DNA from: Epithemia pelagica
Taxonomy: Eukaryota > Protista > Bacillariophyta
Reading direction: 5' to 3'
DNA: 64,000 nt
NCBI GenBank assembly: GCA_946965045.2
Contig: OX337228.1
Span: forward strand, 6,758,001-6,822,000
In this document: positions 7,627-17,451 of the stretch, piece after piece
Layout: each line of letters begins with the position of its first letter
How positions within the stretch are numbered: the stretch's first letter is position 1
Notes under the pieces: generated by a model
The model's database searches: none
What the model saw: the letters and a program-made list of their open reading frames with translations, nothing else
Told to the model about the DNA's origin: nothing
Translations under genes and position numbers: made by a program

Positions 7627-9062
7627 GCTGCCGAAATGAGAGTCTATTGTGCCTACAGTTTTCCAGCCGTCGTGCTCTTGTTGGGGGCCGAAAATTGGAT
7701 GGGCGCCCTGTTGAATCCGAGTTATGCCGAAGAAGATGATGACGAGGAAGAAGTGGATGAAAATGGCAACCCCATTGAGGATGGTGGAGTCGTTCCCAAG
7801 ACAAGGACGGTCGCCTCGGATCCACCCCTTCCCGTCGAGCGGTGTTTGGCCAGTTCGCTCCATACCGTGGCTCACATTTTGGGACCCGAAATTGCCGTGG
7901 CGGATATCTTGCCCGTGTTTACGGATTATTTTTGCGAGATTCCGACGACACCGTTCGACTCAATATTATTGGAGGATTTCCCACCTTTTTGGGCATTTTG
8001 CCTACGACGCAGCATCGGACTGATTTGGTTTTGGCCTGGAGCCGTTTCATGCACGGCGAAGATTGTTTGGGAGCCAAGAAACGATCGGCCACCAATCCGT
8101 TGGTCTTGAATTGGCGCCAACGCGATTTCCTGGCCCGGAGTTTGCCGCTTGCCACCCGAATTGATTCATGCCATGTTTGGCCCATTTGTCAACAATTGAT
8201 CTTTGATTCTGTCAGTCTCATCCGAGATGATGATGTCCTGTGAACCATTCCCATTATGTTCAAAGTGGACACACCTGATACCATTGCGACCAAGTGGAAT
8301 GGGAGAGCCAACGCGGGCGGCAGCGCGAAGAAAAAGTCTTCTCTCATGTCCTCCTCCAACTTCTCTTCCAAGACAGCCGTTTTGGAAATTGTCACGTGGT
8401 TTTAGTACTGAAACTAGGGGCTCCAACAAACAACAATGGCAGCAACAACACCAGCAACACAAGCAATAGTAGCAGTGCTCAGGCACTTCGTAAATCCGTC
8501 TCATCAGTGAGTACGGGTGGTTCAAATGTGGCCATCAATTGTTTTGTCGCTACATTGGATTGTCCTTGCGGTTAAACGAAGAAATTCGAGCCAGTGGCAA
8601 AAAGGATCTAGCGGCAGCCTTGGGGGGGAACCCTTTGCCAGTGTCTTTTGCGGAAACTCCACATAATCGATTGGTGACCTCCACGATAGTACTCGTAGTA
8701 AGGGAAACTTGATGAGGGAGCATCTCTTCGATCAAGCGTGTTGGTCATCTGTTGGTTTGGTCACAGGAAAAGCTCGCCGACTCGTTTCTTCAGGAAACGT
8801 GGCCCAGCAAGAAGGCCTGTTTTTGACATTCCTCCCGTAGTCGTGACAACATAAGTGCTTTGATTTGGCCTCTCAGTCTCCGGAATTGATGATGAGCAAC
8901 GTTCCTCAGGTCCAGGATCTTCTGCTGATTCTACCACTAGATATCGAACATAATGATAAGGAAGTACATTGCTGGAACGTAAATGTTTCCTCTGCGGGGG
9001 AAAAGACCGTATACGCGAGCAGCGACATCGCCCTCATCATGTCGATTCGTCTCATCGTCTAA
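7627..9062 (+). pseudogene. PP4R1-like (protein phosphatase 4 regulatory subunit 1) HEAT-repeat pseudogene, 5'-truncated
   Basis: YCAYSFPAVVLLLGAENW, CLASSLHTVAHILG, LRDSDDTVRLNII and NWRQRDFLA match the C-terminal HEAT repeats of PP4R1. Lesions: frameshift at the T-run 7929-7933, TGA at 8241-8243 and TAG at 8403-8405. The 3' limit is uncertain. Confidence 0.8.
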
Positions 9063-9530
9063 GTACTTGGTTGGATCTTTTTGTTCGCTCAGGGTGTGTA
9101 TCTTGCATGCCGTCGAATTGCTCCGATGTACTTGATGAGTCACTGCTGGAGTATGTGTTGTCATCCCATTCATCGTAGATACTCTTGAACTTTATTGAAT
9201 ACATTTCTTGGGAGATGAGAGCGGGTACTTCAGCTACGTTCGGAATCATGTCTTGTTGGTTCCGCAACAGTCGTTCGATGTCTCTTCTAGATTATTTTTT
9301 GTGAGAACGGGTCCTCCTTTACGTTTATGAGTCTTGGGTCTTCCGTCTTGTGTAGCATGTTGATCCCGTGATCGGCAATAATATTTGACGTCCTTGCTCG
9401 CGAGTCATGTTGAGAATCGAGCGACTGCAAACTACGTCTACTACACGTATATGTATGTAGGGCTAGTGAATGTCCAATTTCAATTTGAGATGATATTTCT
9501 ATGGCGTCGTTCATCGAACTCATTGAACGT

Positions 9531-10750
9531 TCAAGTGCTCTTGAGCAACTTGGCCTCTCGATTCTTCCGTGCCGTTGCTTCTTCGTCTGTCTCCATTCGT
9601 CCACTACTGTATCCACCCTGAGTTCGGTCCAACAAATCCTCAGTATCGTAGGCTCTCGCCGCCTTTTCTTTTCGATTCAAGGCCCTCTTGGCTTCCATCT
9701 CCTTGCGCAACCAATATTCTGCAATGCTCAACATTTTTGCGGGATGCTGTTCAGCTTTCAATTTTTGATACACATCGAGGTCCTCCATTCGACCTTGCCA
9801 GCCACAACTTCCCTTATCGGTGAGGAAAAACAAATGAGAAGCCCAATCATCCAATCCATCTGATAAAGCATTATAAGCGACCAAGACAAGATTGAGTTTC
9901 GTTCGTAAAAGCCAATGATCATGACAGTGTGTGCTTACCAAAAATGTGAGTGGCATAAATGATTGTCGCACGGCGTACATCAGACTCTTTGACCAACCAG
10001 CGCAAGAGATCTTGTCGGACGCAAACGTCCAAGCTCGTAGTGATTTCATCCAAGAGCAGAATCTTGAATGGACGAATCAGACCCAGCAAGATCTGAACTC
10101 GCCGACGCTGACCATCCGAAAGTTGGTGCATCCGCCAGTCCAAATCAATTCCGAGCATATCCACTAATTCATCACGACGTTCGGGATACGACGCTTGCAA
10201 TCGTTCCATCATGTTCCGAACCGCAATGTCCGCCATAAGAGGAACCGCGTTGCCCACAAAGGACACATTGCGCATACCCCAGTCACAATCCAAGCAAGCT
10301 CTGTGAAAATTCAGTCGAGTGTCGTGAAAGGCATTCAAGCCAAGTACTCGGACCGACTGGTCCATTCCATTTTGTACATTGTTGCTGCTGGTCAAGTGAC
10401 GTCCCGCTAGAACTCGAAGCAAGGTGGATTTGCCTTATCAAAACAAAGCACAAACACCATTTCAAAACAGAATCACCAAAGTCAGAATGCCTGTCGATCG
10501 AGACGTCATAACAGCTGGTCAATATCCTCTGGTATCATTTACCTGATCCATTCGCACCAATCAGTAAGCATCGCGATCCTGTCGTCAGTTCCAGGTTCAG
10601 CTTTTGAAGCACCATATTGTTGTTGTACTCGCTGACAATGGATGTTCCACTGTCACTGCTCTTGTAACAAAAGGTCAGATTTTTCACCTCAATGGCCTTT
10701 TCGCCATACTCGGGAAGTGGTGGTAGGGGCTTGGGGGTAACTCCATTCAT
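9531..10750 (-). CDS. Soluble ABC ATPase, CAF16/ABCI-like (3 exons: 10750-10543, 10433-9939, 9859-9531)
   Basis: Walker A GANGSGKST is rebuilt across intron 10434-10542. Also present: signature LSDGQRRRV, Walker B ILLLDE, and YATHIFDGL rebuilt across intron 9860-9938. No TM domain. Confidence 0.9.
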
Positions 10751-11169
10751 GATTGTCTAGTGGATTCTTCTTCTCTCGTGCAGTTCTATTGGAATGGCTT
10801 GCGTCGCAAACTCGTCTGGTTTGTACAGCAAAAATTAATGATCATGGCATAATGACACACAAGAATCGGATGATGGAAAGCGAACAACACAAACAAGGTA
10901 GATGAGATGGATGTCTGCGTTTGTGGCTGCGTCTTTGCAAAATGACGTGTTCTCGTTGGTTCAAAGTTGGGCACTGCTGATGGGTTCTTGATTGCGTTGT
11001 CCCCCGTGCGCACATGCTCAGTCGCGGAGCGAACCAAACTGCCGTGGCACCCAGCATCGTTCCAGCTACGGCTCCATTCGTATGCGCGACCGCCCCATAA
11101 CTCCGGTTTTGACGCGCTCACAATGGTGGGAGACATTGCGCTGTCCATCCGAACGCAACGACGACGATT

Positions 11170-11988
11170 ATGATGATGATGATACAGAACCTCCGCACTC
11201 GACATGCCATTGTACGGTCAAGACTCTGCTTCGCTTCGCCATGTCCTGTTCTTCTTTTGTCGATAACTTTGATATGTCTATTGTTTCTTTCACCAGCTCT
11301 GGCGGATCCAAACTATGAGTATGTACGTGAGGTTTTAGAAGAAGAGGCCGAGTTTCACGATCAGGACAATTCGTACTACCATGAGGATGCCAAGCCTGCA
11401 CAAGACGAGACCAGTGAGTCTTCGAGGCGTGCTCAAGAACGCGATGCAGAGTTTGAAGCCAAGGTCCAACACTTGAGTCGTCAAGAGCAAAAGAAGGCCC
11501 GCCAAAAGAAAAAGCAAGACGCTCGGTTGGTGTCTTGTTTATTAAGAGCATCGGAAAATCGTGATTACTACGCAGTCTTGGGACTCAGTCGCAAACAAGC
11601 CTTGAGTCAGTCGATTCCCCAGTGGCTCAGACGACTTGTTCCCAGTGAAAAACTGCGGTTCTTTGACCTGAGCGCCGCGGATATTCGCAAGGCCTATCGC
11701 AGCATGGCCACCCGTGTACATCCAGATAAGAATCACGATGGTCGAGCGGACCGTGCATTCATGGCATTGGAGGACGCCTACAGTATTCTGTCGGATAAAA
11801 ATCAACGTGAAGAGTACGATGAAACCTGGAGCTTTCAGGCCTGGGATGGATGGAATGATCGACAAACGCGGGTGGTTCAAACCACACAAGCGACTCTCAT
11901 GACAGTCGTACGAGTTGTTACCATGGTCAAGAAAGTTGTAGGACCATTTGCCGTTCCTGTTGGAATTCTCGCGGCTGTTTTCCTTTGA
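11170..11988 (+). CDS. DnaJ/Hsp40 J-domain protein with N-terminal signal or anchor and C-terminal TM segment
   Basis: DYYAVLG...IRKAYRSMATRVHPDKN...AFMALEDAYSILSD...REEYD, with hydrophobic N- and C-termini. Confidence 0.85.
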   Translation: MMMMIQNLRTRHAIVRSRLCFASPCPVLLLSITLICLLFLSPALADPNYEYVREVLEEEAEFHDQDNSYYHEDAKPAQDETSESSRRAQERDAEFEAKVQHLSRQEQKKARQKKKQDARLVSCLLRASENRDYYAVLGLSRKQALSQSIPQWLRRLVPSEKLRFFDLSAADIRKAYRSMATRVHPDKNHDGRADRAFMALEDAYSILSDKNQREEYDETWSFQAWDGWNDRQTRVVQTTQATLMTVVRVVTMVKKVVGPFAVPVGILAAVFL

Positions 11989-12320
11989 AGTCGTCGGCGT
12001 TCCATACTGTTGGAGTCGGTTCAGAATGGTTCTGTATCCTTCAACGTCGGTGAAGCTGTATGCGACTCAAACATTCAAGTGAAGCCGTAGAAGTAGCCGC
12101 CTACCTAGTTTTATGTGCATCAGAGCACTGTGTATCGAAGCTAAAGGGCGGTTGAATTTCTTTCAAGACAACAGATGATGACAACAACGGCAACGTCGCT
12201 CATAGTACCTATTGTAAGCCATTTATTCATTCATGGCAAGAGAAACGTACGTAATATATCCATCAGGATGTTACTATTGAAAATCTTGACTATTCGTGAC
12301 ACAGACTCACGTATTTCTGC

Positions 12321-13967
12321 CTACACTTCTTCCACAGGCACGCCTTCCAGGGACGAAATGGTGCTGTCATCTACGACCATGATGCGGGAGCGCTTTGAAC
12401 AAGGAGGACCCGGTGAGCTTGTGTCCTCAGTGCTGGATGGGAAAACCACTCTTCCTTTTAATAGCATATCCATACTGACCCATCTCCAACCAAAAACTGT
12501 AATGTTTGGATTGTCAACGGAATGTTCAAACAAATAACCTGCCCGTTCCAAGACATTTGTGTGCTCACATTCGTAATTCAATTGGAGAAATAATTTCCAG
12601 GCCTTGCAAACCATTGCCGGTGAGGAAAAGACCTGTACCAAACGACGTGTCTCTGGATTCAGGACTCCGACTCGTCGAACGAGACACAGTTTGTTCGGCG
12701 ACAAGATCGTTCTCGTCCGACACCAAGACGGTGGGGATGGTTCCGACGTTTGTCTCTCGTACTGGTTGATCCGTTCCCACGATTGCCGAAAACTGGCAGT
12801 CTCATCCTTGACGCGTTTGGACAACAAGTGGTCAAAACTCTTGGTCCGAATCGCATCGGCGCGTCGCTGCTGGACTCGCGCCTTTCGAAAAATGACACTC
12901 TCTTCGTGGTTGAACAGAAAGCAGTTTTGCCAAACCAATTCAACATCGTTCAAGGCGCAAATGAGTATATTTTCCAAACGGCCGTCAGACCTATAATACC
13001 CATACCCAAGTTGTGTCAGCACGGTTCCCAGATCCATTGGTTTCTTGACGATATCGGTATATCCCTCCACTCCAGTGACTGGACTGGTAAATTCCATTCC
13101 AAAGTCGTACGATATCAATGTTTGAATCATTTCATACACCATGGCCAACAGTCGAACAGTCTCTTTCTCGGAAGCCTTGGGTTGAAAATGACGATTCATC
13201 AGATTCAAGGCGGATTCTCCGTCGACCAAATCACGTGGAAACCCAATTTGTTCTTGAAAACATTGGGGACACATCCATTTTTTTGTGGTGAGCGCCGATT
13301 GGGACGGTGAAAGGCAGGTTGGATGAAAAGTACGGGGACAATGGTCGCAGCATTGAAGCACTCCAGGTTTATTGCAGACATTGCAGTAACTGCTCCTCCC
13401 ATCTTCCACGCCAGATGTTCGGAACCGGGGGGACAAGGGGTCTTCTCTCAAGTCGGATTCGGCTCGTTTGTTTGAAAACACATAATTGTATTCTTTGGGA
13501 GTGCCCGCCTCAATGAATTGGCCTTCTGAAGAAACTTCGCGAGGAAAGTCGCTCACAGGTACCTGTGGGACCCGTTTTTGTCGCTGTTGTACTTTTGTAT
13601 GCTGTTGTACTTTAGCACGTTTCTGTTTTCGTCGTTGCTTTGTTTGTGGTTTACGTTGTTCTTTTGCCGGTGGTGGTGGCTCTGGTTGAGGATAGAGGGG
13701 TACAACGAAATGCGTCCTAGGATAATGGCTGCTGGTATTGGTTTTTGTCGCGATACCGGGGCGCGAAAGGTAATGCGTCCGTCCTACGGCATCTACATGG
13801 ACGAGAGGAGGATGACGATCGGATGACGGGGTTTTGAGTTCTTCCCTCTTGGCATCGTTTTGTTTGTCGTGTTCCTCTTCTGCTTCACTACTGTTGGAGG
13901 CGACAAACGTACTATCGCTATCATTGCTTTCAACTGAAACGTCCTCGGTGTTGTCTTCCACACCCAT
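12321..13967 (-). CDS. PHD-finger plus bromodomain chromatin protein
   Basis: PHD finger CNVC...CCDHCPRTFHPTC...WMCPQC; bromodomain YTDIVKKPMDLGTV...DVELVWQNCFLFN. The true start may lie further upstream (see findings). Confidence 0.85.
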   Translation of the reverse strand: MGVEDNTEDVSVESNDSDSTFVASNSSEAEEEHDKQNDAKREELKTPSSDRHPPLVHVDAVGRTHYLSRPGIATKTNTSSHYPRTHFVVPLYPQPEPPPPAKEQRKPQTKQRRKQKRAKVQQHTKVQQRQKRVPQVPVSDFPREVSSEGQFIEAGTPKEYNYVFSNKRAESDLREDPLSPRFRTSGVEDGRSSYCNVCNKPGVLQCCDHCPRTFHPTCLSPSQSALTTKKWMCPQCFQEQIGFPRDLVDGESALNLMNRHFQPKASEKETVRLLAMVYEMIQTLISYDFGMEFTSPVTGVEGYTDIVKKPMDLGTVLTQLGYGYYRSDGRLENILICALNDVELVWQNCFLFNHEESVIFRKARVQQRRADAIRTKSFDHLLSKRVKDETASFRQSWERINQYERQTSEPSPPSWCRTRTILSPNKLCLVRRVGVLNPETRRLVQVFSSPAMVCKAWKLFLQLNYECEHTNVLERAGYLFEHSVDNPNITVFGWRWVSMDMLLKGRVVFPSSTEDTSSPGPPCSKRSRIMVVDDSTISSLEGVPVEEV

Positions 13968-14261
13968 CCTCTCAGTCGTTGGGCTTTCTTGTGCTACTCT
14001 TGGATTGGATCTTTTAGGTTCCGCTCTTTGGGACTTTGTGCGGCCTGTGCGGGAAGGTGCATGACTGTCGTTCTAATGTGTTGTTCACGTCAAAATCTCT
14101 AGGGCAGGATGAGCCGCAAGCTATGTCCTTATTAGACACATATTAATTATTAATGTCTGCCATAGCCAATAGCTCTACATAACCCGGATATTGTGGTCGC
14201 GGATCCATTGTCCATGCGCGACCACAAAAATTTGAAGGGTCCCTTTTCCACCAAAAGAACC

Positions 14262-15557
14262 ATGGCGGTCCTGTTGGAAACATCGGTGGGTGATTTGGTG
14301 ATTGATTTGGATCTGGAAGGGTCTCCTGTCTTGTGTCGCAACTTTTTGAAGCTTTGCAAGGCGCGATATTACACCCAATCCTTGATTCATCATGTTCATC
14401 CCAATCGTTTTGTAGTATTGGGCGATCCCACTGGCACTGGAGATGGAGGCACAAGCTTTTATGGTTTGTTGACCGCCATGACGACAAACAAGAAGGATTC
14501 GTCATCATCAGTGTCTCGTAACGAATCATTGTTGGATAATAACGAAAAGAGGTTCTTAGCATCGTCGTCGGGTCGTCGATTGACCGAAGCAGAATGTCGC
14601 GAAAAGGGACGTGTGGTGGCTGTGGAACTCTATGGTCTCCAAAATACCGTGGGGAGTCAATTTTTAATCACCACCACCAGTGGACCCGACAAGGCATTGG
14701 ATGGCTATACGCACCCCAAAGTAGCCTCAGAAAAACAAGAGCAACAACAACAAACGAGTGGATTCTTGTCCTTGGGAAAAGTCGTGGAAGATGAATCGAA
14801 TTTATTGGATCGATGGGCCGATTGTTATTGCGACAAGGAGGGTCGCCCTTATGCCGATTGGAGGATTCGGCGAGCCTTGGTGGTTTATGATCCCTTTGAT
14901 GATCCACGAGCCATGAAAACCTTGTTGCATCAACGGGGCGTGGAGGTTGTTCCACCAGACGAAACGCAAAACGATAAAATGAACAAGGAACCACTGGTGG
15001 TTGCTCGATCTCCCTCACCTGTCCGTCCTCCAGAAGAGACGGTGTCCTCTCGCATTCCAATCGAGGAAGTAGATGTGAATCCAGACGAAGACATCAATCC
15101 ATTGCAAGAGCAACAATTTCGCCAAGAAATTCAACAAAAGGAAGATAAAAGTCGGGCGGTTGTCTTGGAAATTTTGGGCGATTTGCCCGACGCCGACATT
15201 CAGGCACCAGAAAATGTCCTCTTTATTTGTAAACTCAACTCCATTACGACCGATGAAGATTTACAGTTGATTTTGAGTCGCTTTGACGAAAAAGTGTCGG
15301 TAGAGATTGTCCGTGATCAGGAAACGGGGCAATCGCTCAATTATGCCTTTGCCGAATTCACCACACCTCAACAAGCCACACAAGCCTACTTGAAAATGAA
15401 TCAAGCTTTGGTCGACGATCGAAGGATTGTCGTAGACTTTTCACAATCCGTGGCCAAATTGTGGGATCGACATCGACAACGATATCGATCAAAACAACAA
15501 CAACATTCGAAACGAGCGCCATTGTCGGGTTCTCACAAACGACCTCGGCATGTATGA
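14262..15557 (+). CDS. PPIL4: Cyclophilin-RRM protein (PPIL4/CYP59 family)
   Basis: MAVLLETSVGDLVIDL, NFLKLCKARYY, GDPTGTG, and an RRM with PENVLFICKLN and SLNYAFAEF...VDDRRIVVDFSQSV. Confidence 0.9.
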   Translation: MAVLLETSVGDLVIDLDLEGSPVLCRNFLKLCKARYYTQSLIHHVHPNRFVVLGDPTGTGDGGTSFYGLLTAMTTNKKDSSSSVSRNESLLDNNEKRFLASSSGRRLTEAECREKGRVVAVELYGLQNTVGSQFLITTTSGPDKALDGYTHPKVASEKQEQQQQTSGFLSLGKVVEDESNLLDRWADCYCDKEGRPYADWRIRRALVVYDPFDDPRAMKTLLHQRGVEVVPPDETQNDKMNKEPLVVARSPSPVRPPEETVSSRIPIEEVDVNPDEDINPLQEQQFRQEIQQKEDKSRAVVLEILGDLPDADIQAPENVLFICKLNSITTDEDLQLILSRFDEKVSVEIVRDQETGQSLNYAFAEFTTPQQATQAYLKMNQALVDDRRIVVDFSQSVAKLWDRHRQRYRSKQQQHSKRAPLSGSHKRPRHV

Positions 15558-15920
15558 TACTGTTGCTCGACAACCTCGCATGTAGAGAGTGGACGCCCAC
15601 GAAACCACTGTAAAACACGAGATAGACGCCCAATAAACATGTGATTCTAGCGTTGCCAAATTTTTGTCACCCACAAGCCTCCAAGTGAAACCATGATGTT
15701 GTTGCTTTGTAGTTGACTGGGTAGTTGACGGTTCGCCGTTGGTGTCATGCTATTGTAGAACCTTTTCAATACAGCAAGCATGTATGATACGCTCACATTT
15801 CTGGTCAAACCCAAGAAGCAGGGTCCAAATTTGCCTCTCGAACTGATGTAGAGTTGCGAAAAAAGAAACTGTGAATCTAGTATGAATATCATTCAATACA
15901 AAAGCCGCATGGACTACAAG

Positions 15921-16845
15921 TTACGACGCAAATATCAACGGAACTTCTTCTGCCACAGTCTCTTCCATGATTTCAATGGATTGGTTAATGGGTGCAAAGA
16001 ACCAGGGTGTTTCCGATACGACAGCCATTTTGGTAACCCATTCTTCCCAACTATACGAGACAACGGCCAACATGGCCAGTCGTCCATTGCGGATTTCGGC
16101 TTCCTCAAAGGCCTTTTGTTTTTTCGGGTCGGCTGGATACAAACCCAAGGGATCAAAGCCCAACTTGCCGGGTTGGTAGGCTGGATCACCCCGTCGGGCC
16201 TTGGCAATGCCGTACAAATCAATGGCGGCCGTCAACCCAATGCAAAAGCCCCACCAGATGGGACTCACTCGTTCCAAACCGCCATTCAACAAGGAGGGGA
16301 CACGTCCCGTCGAGTCCAAGACTGGATCCAACTCCATTTGACTGGCAATCGCTCGATCCCACAATTCCGACGCGGGCCAACCAACGGCAGCCTATTCACA
16401 TTATGAAATAAGACATGACATTCATGAGACCAAGTTTTCATTGTACGTGAGTCACAGACAAGGAACATGAAACGACACAACAACAACAACGCAAACATAC
16501 CAGCATTGCCAGACGGGCATGTTTGATTTCGGCTTCTCGATATTCCCACAATTGTTCTCGGTTCTTGGCCAATCCTAGCGGATCAAAACCCACATTACCG
16601 GCAAATTGACAATCCACCAAGGGAGCTGGGCATTGCAAAAAGGGAATGGCCTTGGACATGACCACTCGAGGTTGTTGAGTCGGTCGAGGAGGGTCGACCG
16701 AAGAATTTTCGCTCTTGTCGCTTTCTTCCGACAAGGATGACGTCATACTCAAGGGCGAAGACGGGGAAAATGAAGCGGATGAACTGGCGGTGAATACCAG
16801 AGCATTCGAAGTGCACAACATCAATACCGAAGCTGCCTTCATCAT
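15921..16845 (-). CDS. Light-harvesting complex (LHC/FCP superfamily) protein, plastid-targeted (exons 16845-16501, 16391-15921)
   Basis: GFDPLG x2, REAEIKHARLAML and EAEIRNGRLAML chlorophyll-binding helices; intron 16392-16500 is GT-AG; signal peptide followed by a Ser-rich transit peptide. Confidence 0.93.
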
Positions 16846-17018
16846 GGTGGTGGTTCTTGACACTATGCGACAAGTGTGATGCTTGGTCGAATTCTTGTGT
16901 CTCGCAAAAAAAGGGAATGGTCTGAGGAGAGAACAACAGGCCAAATGACTTGGATTGCCCTCCCGATGGTTGTTAGGTGCACCATATGGGGGCACTACTA
17001 TTGTATATGTCTGCTTTC

Positions 17019-17030
17019 TGACGCGCGTCA
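17019..17030. promoter_or_regulatory. Perfect 12-bp palindrome TGACGCGCGTCA upstream of the LHC gene
   Basis: Read directly, ~175 bp 5' of the LHC ATG; two inverted TGACG half-sites. Function is inferred. Confidence 0.35.
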
Positions 17031-17451
17031 TCCAAAGCCACTAGGAGATTCGGAACGACAGTACCGCATGTCCCCCAAGGTGCGACTGCGGGAACGTGCG
17101 GTGCTACACGTACTACCCGTACCACGCCCATGGCCCGCCAGCTCAAGCAATAGAGAGCGTACGCATACGCGAGGACCCGACCTAGCTACCTCTCGAGAGA
17201 AAGGAGAAGGTGAAGCCACAAGCCATGTCGTTATTGCCATCGAGTCAAACCTTATGATGGAAGAAACTGTGCTTGGCGCATTGAAAACGCAAACGAGCAC
17301 TCTCTAGCTACTATAGGTCTCTACTATAGGTCGGAGAAGGGCTTCTCTGTTTGCCCTGAAAAAGAAAGGGTACCTTGGATCCGAACGACATGCTGCAAGA
17401 ACACACATTCCTTCACAGATCTAAACTCAAGTAGTAGTCGTCTTTGAGTTC

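Noticed and set aside
3168-9062. Alternative genetic code or stop readthrough as the explanation for internal stops
   Set aside because: Lesions include frameshifts and different stop types, and all other genes in the window use the standard code cleanly.
8937-9500. A further decayed minus-strand gene (RRDIERLLRNQQDMIPN...YDEWDD.../...DEGDVAARVYGLF)
   Set aside because: Protein-like in patches, but no recognisable family, no room for a promoter behind the ABC gene, and it overlaps the PP4R1 tail; unresolved.
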